Origin: Euglena gracilis
Taxonomy: Eukaryota
Reading direction: 5' to 3'
Assembly (NCBI GenBank): GCA_039621445.1
Contig: CP154954.1
Location: 36,689,703 to 36,753,702 of the forward strand
DNA length: 64,000 nucleotides
In this document: positions 1-12,000 of the stretch, one piece after another
Numbering within the stretch: position 1 is the first letter of the stretch
Layout: each line of letters opens with the position of its first letter
Made by a program: the position numbers and the translations under genes
Notes under the pieces: generated by a model
What the model was told of the DNA's origin: nothing
The model's database searches: none
The model's input: the letters and a program-made list of their open reading frames with translations, nothing else

Positions 1-597
1 ATGCCCCCCCCATATTGTGCCCCCCCATAATGTACCCCCATACTTGGCATTTTTTAAAAAAAAAACAAAACAACGTGTTTTTTCAAAAAGAAACGCCAAA
101 AAAAACATCAAAAAAAACAAAAGTAAAATTTCATTGAAAAAACTCGTTATGAAACACCCAAACCATACTTCGAATCCTACTAAGTTCAAAAATTGCCAAA
201 AAAAATGGTCAAAAACATTCAAAAAAATGCAAGAAAATGCAACTTTAAGACTTTTTTTCATTTTTTGTTTAAGGAAATATTTGGCAGAAATGCCCCAAAA
301 CTTGCCAAAAATGATTGAAAATATGCATTCAAAAAATTTTCCGAGCAAAACCTTGTTGGCGTTTTTTTTGTTTTTTTTAAAAAAAAACATTGTTAGAATT
401 AAAAAAAACCAAAAAAAACAAAGTCCAAAAAAAACAGGTTGCCAACTATGTGTACCCCCCCATTGGATTGACTGTGTATGGTTTCGATCGGAGTGACCAT
501 GGACCATGACCTTGTCCCCCCCCATATTGTACCCCCCCATAATGTACCTCCCCCCCAGAAAATGGCTCCCAGGGGGGGTACAATATGGGGGGCATGG
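1..597. mobile_element. TA-target MITE, left end cut by the window edge
   Basis: atgcccccccatattg at 1 pairs with caatatggggggcatgg|ta at 597; relative at 14684-14839. Confidence 0.7.
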
Positions 598-730
598 TAC
601 ACAATGGGGGGGGGGTACCCAGGTCCCCACAGCCCAAAAGGGGTCATTTTTGGCAACTTTTTGGATGTTCGCAGTAAATGGTCAATTTTCAGCACATTTG
701 CCAAATGTCACTTTTTGAAAACGTCCCAAT

Positions 731-970
731 GGGGGGTTGGTACACCCCTCCCCCCCCCTCTCCGAGGGGCTCGCCACGCCATTTACCCCCCCCCAGCCGG
801 ACCCCCTCGCCACGCCACCGGCGATTTTCGCGATTTTTTGAACGAAAATTTTGCTGGAAAACCATGGTACACCCCTCCCCCCCCCCTGGTCGCCGACCCC
901 CTCGCCACGCCATTTATCCCCCCTCCCCCCCCCCTATTCGGACCCCCTCGCCACGGCGTACCAACCCCCC
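731..970. mobile_element. 3-bp-TSD (PIF/Harbinger-type) MITE; inverted copy at 11404-11647
   Basis: TIR ggggggttggtac; TSD aat here, gat for the second copy. Confidence 0.8.
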
Positions 971-1051
971 AATAACGTCGATCTTTGAGCACTTTTTGGG
1001 GAAATTCTTTAGGAAAAGTGTTATGACAGTGAGCTACCATCCCCCCCCATT

Positions 1052-2436
1052 GGGGGTGCTACCCCCGTGACCCCCCCCATGACCCCCCCCCGTGACCCGC
1101 CCGTGACCCGAGAATCGAGCCTTCGATTTTCATACAATGCATCAACCTTCATCACTTCGGCCTTTCTTTTCATTCATCATTTCAGCCTGCTTTTTGATGT
1201 CTAGGTGGTGTTTTTGGTTGCTTTTCATCAATTTTCTGGTTCAAACCATTGAGAGTTTGCGCTGACATGGTCTAAAAATGGAAAGAAATGCCAAGATTTG
1301 AGGGGAATTTTTTTTCGACCCAAACAATGGCGCTTCTTTGCCATATGAATTTGACCCAAAACTTGGCAAAAGGGGAGATTGCGCAAGTGGGAAAGAATTT
1401 CATGGCAAAAAGGGGGGAGGGAAAACATGAAATTTTTGTGGAAGACCCCCCCCAAAAAAACAGAAAATAATTGTCCTCACCCCACCCAACCAAACCCCTT
1501 TTTGGCACCCAACGTCCAACGCACCTCCACACCCAAAAATGGCCAAAATCTTGTTCCCTTTAAAAAAGTGCCAAAAATTGGTGCATTTCTGCAACCAAAA
1601 CAGAATTTTTTGGCTACTTTTTTTCAAACCTGGCAATAAATAAAAACAAAAAAATGTTTTTTTGTGTTCTTTTTTAAAAAAAACAAAAAAAACGCCAACG
1701 AGGTTGTGGGAATTTTTTGGGGGGAAAAAACACTGTCTCACCTCAGTGATGGTGAAGACGAGTAGCTGTTGCGCCTTGTTTCCGCTTCATCCACGACCAA
1801 TTCACCGTCAGACTGAGTGGTCTTCAAAAATGGGAGTTCTTGATTTGCTTTGCCTCTTGTTTCTCAAAAGTTGGCCGGCAATGAAGGAACTTCAGTTGCA
1901 AAACCCATGCCGAGAGGTGGGGGGCAAATAATGTGTTTTCAAAGAAAAATCCATCTTTTTTTAAAAAAAAAACTTTTTTACGTGTTTTTTTCTTCTTCAA
2001 AAAATCACTTTTTTTTGGAAAAAAAAAGCAAAAACACGTTTTTTTGCCAGCTTTGCTTTTTTCCCCCCTTCAAAAATAGCCATTTTTGGGCCATTTTTTC
2101 AAAAATGAGCCAAAATGCATCCCAAAAAATGTAACGGTCAAGAAAATCCTGACAAAATTCCTTTTGCAAAAAATGAAAAAATGACCAATTCTGTACATAA
2201 AAATCACACAAAAATGACCACTTTCAAACCAAAAGGCTTTTTTTTTGGTTCAAAAATGGCCCCAAAATAGCCAAAAAATGATTACTTTTTGGACCCCAAA
2301 ATCACCAATATTAGGATGCGTGCTGCCCTTTTCGTGGTGGGATGCAACAACTTGGATGCTACCTCCCGACCAACTCCAAAGTGGCATACTTCCCCCGTGA
2401 CCCCCCCGTGACCCCCCCGTGACCCGCACCACCCCC
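1052..2436. mobile_element. 3-bp-TSD element with ggggg termini; relatives at 13072-13966 and 8534-8723
   Basis: TSD att (aca and att for the relatives); shared cccgtgaccc subterminal repeats and ~200 bp of shared interior. Confidence 0.75.
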
Positions 2437-5094
2437 ATTATGTACCTCCATTATATAGGGGGTACATAATGGGGGGTACATAATGGGGGGGGATGGTAAC
2501 TTATTTCGGGGGGGAATTCTTGAGTCAAGAAAATTCTCGGGTGGGGAATTCTCGGGGGGGGGGGGGGGGACCGCCCCCCAGTTTCTACTCCAATGTCAGC
2601 GCCTCAGGTGCCCAACACACCTTCCAGATGTGTTAAAATATGTTTCTGGCATATTTTTCCACAGTTTTACACCATGGGGGTGGTTCGGGTCAGGGTAGAT
2701 CAGGCAGTAGACTTTGGTCATTTTGACCCTCTCCCCCCCCCTATGGTGAAGTTCACCGTTTGAAAGTTCACCGGGGGGTCCTAGACCCCCTCCCCGGCTG
2801 ACATGGCGTGGCGAGGGGGTCTGAAAAGGGGGGGGGGGGAAATGGCGTGGCGAGGGGGTCGGTGAGGGGGGGGAGGGGTGTGCCGACCCCCCCCAGTTTC
2901 TACACCAATGTCCACAACTGCTCTCCGTAACAGCAATGGTGTTCAAAAATTTGGCAAATTTGGCCAATTCTTGAGCCACATGGAGTTTGCTTTGCCAGTA
3001 TAAAGAGGGGTCAGTTGTGCAAACAGTGGCGTAATGGAAAGGATTTATGCTCAGGGTGTTGTGTGAGGTGCAAATTGTTTCATTTCTCACCCCCGGGGTG
3101 AGGACCCCAACCCTGCTTTTTTTCGAAATACGATTTTTTCAGCATGGTTAGATTTGTTGTGACTTCCTGACTTCCCAATTGGTCTATCTTGTCCGAGGTC
3201 AATTGGCCAATTGGGGAGGGGGGGCATGGGAGATCAGGCGGTAACTTTTGGGGTCCCCCCCCCAGGTGCAGTTCACCGTTTGAAAGTTCACCGGGGGTCG
3301 CGGACCACCCACCTCCCCCCCCTCTGCCTACCCCAATGGAGGTTCAGTACGTCTGACGAGGACACTCGGCCAAGGGGGGGGTCCCTATTTTGCCATGCCG
3401 AGGGCGCCAAAGAAAATTTTCTTGGAAAACCCCCGCGCACCCCTCCCCCCCCCCATCCAGGACCCCCTCGCCACGCCAAAAACCCCCCTCCCCCCCCCCT
3501 GGCCGGACGGCTCGCCATGGCATGCCCACCCCCCGGGGGGTGGGCAGGGGGGCGGCCGCCCCCCCCTGAGGTATTTTTGTCCTCCCCACCGAGGATTTTC
3601 TTGACTCAAAACTTTTTCACCCCCCTCCGAAAAAAAGTTACCCTCCAAAAATTTTTTGCAGTTTGTGAAAAAATTCTTTCAGGTTCAGAACCCAACTTTT
3701 CATTGAATTTCCAAGTTTGTGCTGTTGGACATCGCTACTGTCTCGCCGCCCTTTGGGCGGACAAACAAGCCCAAAACTAATGGGTTGGAGGGGGGAAAAG
3801 TCTTCCTTTTTTCGATTTGGGGTTGTTGTTTGTCAATATCTCCATTGCAGCACATGTATCTTGACTAGGCTGGTAACGTTCAATTTTTAAGAGAGCAACC
3901 AATTTCTGTTGACAAATTTGCTCTTTTTGGGGAAGCTTTTTTGGGAAAATTGCACTACCGTCCAGCCGCCCTTCAGGCGGAAATAGATTTTTTTTGTTCC
4001 ATGCAAAATGCCTCAGAGGGGGCGGGTTTTGGGAAACAACCTCTTTTTTTTGCATTTTGTTCTCGTTTGAAACCCCAAAGCACAAAAGGCAACACCGTCT
4101 TGCCGCCCGTTGGCGGCTTGAATGCTTCCAAATTGTGATGGATTTGTGCCATCATGTCAATAATTTACCACATTTTTTTGTCACGTTCAATGCCTTCTTT
4201 CAAAAAAAAGCACTACCGTCTCACCGCCCTTCGGGCGGGAAAAAGAAAACAACACACACAATATTGGTCACAGGGGTTTTTTTTAGTCGTGGACCCCTGG
4301 GGGGGGGGGTAGGGTGGGTGGGTCTCCCCCTCGGGGAGGTCCCCCCTGTGGGGAGTGGGATATGCTTTGGCGCCAAAAATTTTTGAAAAGGTGCTATGTT
4401 TGGAATTTTTCTGTTTACCACCCCCCCTTTATTACCCCCCCTTTATTGTCCCTGGGCCCCGGCCGACGAGGGGTTTTTTTGGCCCGGTCAATGAAATTCC
4501 TTTGGTACCCCTTTATTGTCCCCCCCCCCTTATTGTCCGGTCGGGCCTCCCGGGGGCAGGTCGGTGGGACAATAAAGGGGTGGGAATGGCCAGTGCCAAC
4601 TTCGCTTCTAGCCCAGGATCTCGCCACCCCCCCTTCGAGAAAAAATTGTTTCTACACCACTGGCTGTGGTGCGCACTTTCAGTGCGCAAATTTCTTTGGA
4701 GACTCCGCTACGGAAATGCGTTGCTCGGAAAATTGTGCAACCGGCACTTTTTGTGAAATTCAATTTGCTGAAACTTCAGGAATAACAATCTCATCCCACC
4801 GAACCTTCGTGAGCGCAAGAAGTTTTTCTACCATGAGGAGGTAACATGCGACGTTGATGTAAGGTCACACCGGTCACATATGACCCGTAAAAACTACCAT
4901 GTTCCCCCCGCGACCCCCCTTCCCCCCCGACCCCTACACCTCCATGGTGTATTGTGGTGTACTGTGGTGGTGGTATAGTGGACTGCCATTGTCACAATAA
5001 AGCTCATGTTCCCGCCTTTGTATTTGATGCTTCCTGGCCTTCACTCCCCCCCTTGATGCTTGATGGATGATTGCAACGAGCAAATGTTTTATAC

Positions 5095-5207
5095 ACAAAT
5101 TGTGGCTGAGCCCAGATTTCAGCCTGAAAACGTGTTCAGCCAGGGGCCCCCGAAGGGGGCCCCTGAACACGTTTTCAGGCTGAAATCTGGGCTCAGCCAC
5201 AATTTGT
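5095..5207. repeat. Near-perfect fold-back palindrome
   Basis: acaaattgtggctgagcccagatttcagcctgaaaacgtgttcag ... ctgaacacgttttcaggctgaaatctgggctcagccacaatttgt. Confidence 0.9.
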
Positions 5208-6661
5208 TTAAAAACGTTTTCAGAGCCCGCCAAATGCCTGCCCTGAAATTCGTGGTCATGATTCACGCAAGGGGTCAAAAACGCCAATTTGTGAAATTCG
5301 GACCCAAAAAACGGCACCCTCACTGAAAACGTGCCTGAACCCGGATGCCTTCACTGAAAACGTCTCATTGCCACAAATGCCCTCACTGAAAACGTGCCTG
5401 AACCCGGATGCCTTCACTGAAAACGTGTCATTGCCACAAATGCCCTCACTGAAAACGTGCCTGAACCCGGATGCCTTCACTGAAAACGTGTCATTGCCAC
5501 AAATGCCCTCACTGAAAACGTGTCACCCCCCCCTTTTTTTTCTTTTTTTCTTTTTTCCCGCAGCCCTGCCAATATGGCCAAACGCACGGCAAACTTTGTG
5601 AATGGTCTTTTGCCACCTCCCCCTAGGACGGACCCCCTTCATGGCACCTTGCTGGCACAGGGCAACACAAAGAAAAAGTCCGGCTCCGTAGGTGCAGAGC
5701 TTGCTGCTGTTGCCAACTGTTTGGAGTTCGCCAAACTGTGTCAACATCGGCAAGCCTGTTATCCTGAGCTGGATGCTTTCTTTGTTGCCTGGACGGGATG
5801 GGAGCTGGAACCCAGCCTGTTGTTCGATGAGGCGAGCGTCATCGAACAGTGTGTGGTCCCCTGACCAACCCCCTGTGCCTCGTGCTGTGTCCCGACTGCC
5901 AATAAAACACGAGAAATGTGGTTTTTGTGGTGTTGCCATTCCCAAAAATCCAAATTGTGTGGAGCTGAACAAAGTTGTCTGTGACGCCAAACAAACAAAG
6001 TTGTCTGTGAACAAAGTTGTCTGTGATTGGCATATCATTTTCATTGCCAAGATTTGGCAAAAGAGCCAAAGTATGGCTCTTTTGTGTCAAGAAACTGTGT
6101 TCGGGCCAAGACTTAGGGGGAGCCCAGGGGCGGGGACCGCGACGCCGAAGGCGCCGCGGTCGCCCCTGGGCCCCCCTAAAACCTTGGCCCAAAACACTGT
6201 TCTTGTTTGAAACCGTGTTTTGGGCGAAGATTTAAGACTTTTAAAGTCTCGAAATCGGCCCAAACACGGTTTCCTTGTGTAAAGCGTGTCGTGTGCCGTG
6301 ATGTCCGCCACTCTGTTTCGTTGTGCTCCAAGGCAACCTAGCCTTCTGTTGTGTTGTAGAGTGCCCCCGACCCGCCTCACTCGTTGAGGACCACCCGGCC
6401 TCGCAACCACACGCCGATTTTTCATGATAGTGTTTTTTGCTTTTTGCTCAGGGTTGCCACAGATGCCCTCACTGAAAACGTGCCTGAACCCGGATGCCTT
6501 CACTGAAAACGTGTCATTGACACAAATGCCCTCATTGAAAACGTGCCTGAACCCGGATGCCTTCACTGAAAACGTGTCATTGCCACAAATGCCCTCATTG
6601 AAAACGTGTTCATGACCACGAATTTCAGGGCAGGCATTTGGCGGGCTGAACACGTTTTTAA
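5208..6661. mobile_element. Element with ~50-bp TIRs, ttaa ends, 63-bp subterminal repeats and internal cargo
   Basis: gcccgccaaatgcctgccctgaaattcgtggtcatga inverted at 6610-6646; 63-bp repeats at 5321-5520 and 6470-6608. Confidence 0.75.
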
Positions 6662-6692
6662 TTTCTTTTCTCGGACACATAGGCGACATATA

Positions 6693-7000
6693 CCATTACC
6701 CTCCCTAAACGACCCCACCTTAAATGACCCTCGGGGGTCCGGGCCCGGACAGTGGAAAATTTTTTTCAAGGAAAAAGTCTTCAAAACCGACCCATTTTTT
6801 GAGATTTTCAGAAAAGTGAGTTTTCCTTCTTCATTGATGCCAAAGAACACAAATTCCACAAAAAAATTACAAAAAAAACGGGGTAGGGGGTGTCCGAGAC
6901 CCTTTTTTTTTCCGACCCCCCCTGAGTGACCCCCCGCCCTTAAGTGACCCTCCGGGGTCCTGGCCTGGACAAGAGGGGGGTCATTTAGGGGTGGTAATGG
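6693..7000. mobile_element. TA-target MITE
   Basis: ta|ccattaccctccctaaa ... tttaggggtggtaatgg|ta. Confidence 0.8.
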
Positions 7001-7102
7001 TAAGTACAGGCAGAGGTAGGGGGATTTCTTGGCAACGGCCACCGTGGGCTTTGTCGGCTTTCGGCAGCGACTGCCCAACGACCCCCTCCCCCAGCCACGC
7101 AG

Positions 7103-7222
7103 GTGTTCGCCCAGACGGTCCTGCACGACGACCAAGGTGCGCCTGCAGAATGACTACGGCGCCAACCGGCGGTACGGCAACTTCCTGCGGGGCACGTACA
7201 TCATCCTGAAGGAAGAGGGCCT
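7103..7222 (+). pseudogene. Orphan mitochondrial carrier (SLC25) exon with frameshift
   Basis: cag|VFAQTVLH / TTKVRLQNDYGANRRYGNFLRGTYIILKEEGL. The carrier signature Px[DE]xxK[x]RLQ ... EG is present, but the PxD codons are reduced to one base. Confidence 0.75.
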
Positions 7223-7357
7223 ACCCATATGGGTATAAGGGGGTCCAGGGGGGAATAAGGGGGGGAACCCTTCCTGCTGAGGTAGCAGCACACACCTGGC
7301 AGCGTGGAATATAGCTGGCACTTCGTCTAAAACAAAGTCAAAAAAAACACTTTTTTT

Positions 7358-8058
7358 CAGGGTTGGGCAATTAACCGTTATTATTGGGGTCAAGCGATTA
7401 ACCATGGTTAACTGGGGGGTCAACAAGCGATTAACCAATTTTCGATTAACTGTGCTTTTCCCTCGATTAATTTCGATTAACCACCACAAAATTCAAAGTG
7501 TCCCTACCCTTGAGTAGTGTTGTACACCTTGCCAACTTGTGACTCCAGTGATTTGCGCAATCGCCTTGGTGATTGCTCCGTTGATGCGCTCATGTTTGTG
7601 CAAATGAATTTACGCCAACTTGGCTGTCTGGCCCATTTGACAGGCAACGGAGATCCGTGGTTTTCATTTTTTTGGTTTGTTCGGCTCATGATCTATCCAA
7701 TGAATGAGAGTCTGAGCTCTGGTTTGGCGACGATGATTTCAGGCACCTCTGATGACAATTACCACCCCTCCTCCGAAGGAGTTATGTTGGGTTTTGCAGT
7801 TGAAAAGTGCCTCTTTTCCAAAAGGGAACTTTAATTGCCCACACAACAGGGTCCATCCCAACCTAGTCCCCAAAGGGTAGAGAAATGTTCCCAAACCCAT
7901 TTGATTTCTGCCAAAAAAAAGGTCGATTAACTGGGGGGGCCACAAGCGATTAACCGTTTTTCGATTAACCATGGTTGTGGGTTGTCCCCCCCACAAACGA
8001 TCGATTAACTGGGAGGTCACAAGCGATCAACCGTTTTTCGATTAACCATCCAACCATG
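7358..8058 (+). mobile_element. Internally deleted hAT DNA transposon with transposase C-terminal dimerisation remnant
   Basis: TIR cagggttgg / ccaaccatg; perfect 8-bp TSD cttttttt; subterminal cgattaac repeats at both ends; 7547-7610 encodes SDLRNRLGDCSVDALMFVQMN, matching the hATC pattern R-N-R-L-x5-A-L-x-F-x3-N. Confidence 0.85.
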
Positions 8059-8842
8059 CTTTTTTTTATAAAAAAAACATGTTTTTTTCAAAAAAAAACA
8101 AAAAATACGCCATTTTTGCCGCACCGAGGAAAATTTTTTATGGCACAACCAAAATGTATTTTTGTCCCCCTGGCCCCGAAGGGGCCGAGACGCTAACACC
8201 TTTTTTGAAGCCCAAAAACTTGAGCTAGAAAGCGAAATCTGTGTCAAGAACTGTGTTTGGGCCAAGAGTTAGGGGGTGCCCAGGGGCGCCCCTGCGTGTC
8301 GTGGTGCAGGGGCGACCACGGCACGAAGGCGCCGTGGTCGCCCCTGGGCCCCCCTAAAACCTTGGCCCAAAACACTGTTCTTGTTTGAAACCGTGTTTTG
8401 GGCGAAGATTTAAGACTTTTAAAGTCTCGAAATCGGCCCAAACACAGTTTCAGTGGTAGAACCCCTTTGGAGACCTCCCAACTCAACCCAACTGTCGACT
8501 TCACAACCTGGGGGGGGGGGTGAAGAAGCCATTGGGGGTGTTCTCCCTGCGTCCCCCCCGCATCCCCCCTCCGCGTCCCCCCGCGTCCCGGATTTTGGCC
8601 GGGCACATTTTTTGGTCGACCAAAAGAAAATTACATACAATTTTTGGTGACGCCAATGGAAACACGTGGGGGTTGTTGGGCCAAAGTTCCTCCCGCGTCC
8701 CCCCCGTGTCCCGAACCACCCCCATTTTTTACACTTTGCGCAAAATCATTTTTTTTTGTTGAAATTCGACAGTTTCGGAGTCACTTTCCGCTCCGAAAAA
8801 ACAGGCAATTACTTTTTTCGGCCAAGCCACTCAGTCACTTTA

Positions 8843-9013
8843 CCCCCCCCCCCCTTTATTGTCCCACTGACCTGCCCCCGGGAGGCCCGACCGGACAATA
8901 AAGGGGGGGGACAATAAAGGGGTACCAAAGGAATTTCATTGGCCGGGCCAAAAAAACCCCCCGTCGGCCGGAGCCCAGGGACAATAAAGGGGGGGGACAA
9001 TAAAGGGGGGGGG
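8843..9013. mobile_element. TA-target MITE nested in an inverted family-B element
   Basis: ta|cccccccctttattgtccc ... gggacaataaaggggggggg|ta; relative at ~4418-4580. Confidence 0.75.
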
Positions 9014-12000
9014 TACTCCCCGGGGGGGGGGGTCGGCCACTCAGGAAAACCAGTCACTTTTTGGCCTTTCAAGGCCATTTTGGGCCAAAATTTTCTCCGG
9101 CGCCTTCGGCGCCGGTTGGCCACTCAGCCACCTTTGGGTGATTTCTGGCCCTAGGGGGAGGGCCAAAAAACCAGTCAGTTGCTCACCCCCCCGGGGGGGG
9201 GGGTGGGACAGGTGTTAAGTAACGGTCTGATTCAAACAGCCAAGGTGAAAGTGGTTTGTGGTGTCCCAAAAAGCAATTAGCATCAAAGGAGGAAAAAAAA
9301 GTCGGTTTTTGGCCAAAATCAAACATCAAGAAGTGCCATGGGGTTTTTTTCAAGGACTTCATTTCGGCCGCCAAAGGCGGCCGAGAAGGTGATGGGGGTG
9401 TCTGGGACGCGGGGGGGACGCGGGGGAGACGCCATTTTTGGGACGGTGAAATTAGGAATTTGCTACGAGAAAATTTTAGCCAAATTAGGATTCTACCACA
9501 ACAAATTAGGAATCACCAACCGCAAATTAGGAATCACCCACCACAAATTAGGAATCACCCACACCAAATTAGGAATCACCAACCTCAAATTTGCTTGAAA
9601 TTAGGAATCAGCCTCCTAAATTTTGCTGTCTCGAGAACAAAATTTGGGTTCCAAAGTGGGACGCGGGGGGGACGCGGGGGGGGACGCGGGGGGGACGCGG
9701 GGGGGGGACGCGGGGGGGACGCGGGGGAGACACCCCCAATGGATTTTGCAATGTCGTTCTCCGAAAATGTGCTCTTAACTGGTAAGGTGGCTGCCGAAGG
9801 CAGCCGAGACACACCCTTTGAACCATTGAACATGGCATTGCAAAAGAAAAATATCACATTCATGCTAAATATTTTTCTTTCCAAAATCCTGGGGGGGGGC
9901 GGCCGCCCCCCCCCCCCCGACCCCCCTTGTGACACCTATGGGATGGTACCCTCCAAATTTGTTTCTACACCCCTGGGCACTGATGTGGTGTGACCCGAAC
10001 AAATACCCTTTTCCCCAAACCACCCCCAAAATTGTGGAACGCAGTTTACCATCCGGGTGAAATTTTTTTTTTTGCTCCTTTTCCTCTCAAAATGGTCATT
10101 TTGAGGGTAATGGTTCATGCAATTTTATCAAAGCTTCCAAAGACTTGCCCGAAATGTCATTTTTGGCCATTTTTGGCCAAAAAAAAAGTGCTCTTGCGGT
10201 GAACTTTACCGGTGGGGGGCGGTTCGGGACGCGGGGGGGGGGGTGACGCGGGGGGGGACGCGGGGGGAACTGTGGCCCGACAACCCCCCACGTTTTCTTT
10301 GGTGTTACCCAAATTTGTATGTAATTTTCCTTTGGTCAACCAAAAAATGTGCCTAGCCTCACAGGGGGGGGGGGTCACAGGAGGGTCACGGGGTCAGGGG
10401 GGGAACACCTCATTTTCGGTGGCAAAATTAGGAATCACCAAACCGATTTTTTGGGGGGGAAATTCCATGAATTAGGAATACCCACACCTAAAAATTAGGA
10501 CTTTGACACCAAATTAGGAATCACCAACCCCGAAATTGAGAAATTTATGGGGGTGTATGAGTCGCGGGGGGGGTCGCGGGGGGGGTCGCGGGGGGAACGT
10601 GGAAGTTTTGACGGGTCACGCGTGACAAGTGTGACCTTTCATACAACGTCACATGGAACCTATTTTTAGAACTTTTGGGTCCAAAAATAGCTCCAATTAG
10701 GAATTTGTCACACATTTTTGGCAATTTTGATTCCTAATTTGAGTGCAAATTAGGAATTAGGTGCCACTTTTTGGCTCCTACTGGGATGTGGAAACCCTCC
10801 ATGTGTGGGTCGCGGGGGGGTCGCGGGGGGGTCGCGGGGGGGGTCGCAGGGGATACACCCCCTGTGCCTAAAAATTGGAATCTACTGGAGAATTTTATAA
10901 AATTAGGCCAAAAGCCAACTGGCCAAAAAATATCCCCGCAAAATTTGGTCAAAATCCTGGACGCGGGGGGGACGCGGGGGGGGGGACGCGGGGGGAACAC
11001 CCCTGTGAAGTTCACAATTGGGTTGGCAGGGGGTGGTTTGGACCCCTGGCGAACTTTCAAACGGTGAACTTCACTTTGGGGAGGAGGACGCAGGGCTGAC
11101 GTTTTTTTTTGTTTTAAAAACAAAGCAAAAAAACTTTTATGAATAAAAAACGGTTTAAAAACGTTTTTTTGTTTCAAAAAAGAGTGTTTTTTTTAAATAA
11201 AACACTGCAAATAGGAAAAAAACTTGTTTAAAAACACTTGTTTTAAAACAATGCCTCAGCCCTGGGAGGACGGGGGTCCAAAAACCCAAAGTTCACCGCC
11301 CGATATCCAAAACCGAGGGGGGGGTCGTATATGGGGGGCATGGTAAATTTTTCCTGACGAGCGCAAAAAAAGTTGCAAAAACAACGATGTCCGCCCCCAC
11401 GATGGGGGGTTGGTACGCCGTGGCGAGGGGGTCCGAATAGGGGGGGGGAGGGGGGGTAAATGGCGTGGCGAGGGGGTCGGCAACCAGGGGGGGGGAGGGG
11501 TGTACCATGGTTTTCCAACAAAATTTTCGTTCAAAAAATCGCGAAGATCGCCAGTGGCGTGGCGAGGGGGTCCGGCCAGGGGGGAGGGGAGTAAATGGCG
11601 TGGCGAGGCCCTCGGAGAGGGGGGGGGGAGGGGTGTACCAACCCCCCGATGGTCCCACATCCCTTTGCCCGGCTGCCTTCAATGGAGTCTCAAAGACCTT
11701 TTTGTTGACTGGTGTCCCACCCCCCAGATGGTGTCCCATGGAGGCTAGGCGTGCCGCTCGGGGGGGTCCGGGACCCCCCCCTCCCCCCCTGCGCGGCCCC
11801 TGCGCGGCCGCTCGCCCCCCCCCCCCTGGACCCCCCTCCCCCCACTGTGCCTAGCATAGCCAAGAAAAAATTTTTTGTGAAAAAATCACGATTTTTTTGA
11901 GGCCCAAAAATGACCAAAAATGACCATTTTCGGACATAAAATGGCAAATTTGGGGGCCGCGCGCTCTGTGCGCGGCCAAAAAAGCACTTTTTGAGTCAAA

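Noticed and set aside
5317-5525. 63-bp repeats as CRISPR
   Set aside because: The would-be spacers are themselves repeated; these are subterminal repeats of a TIR element.
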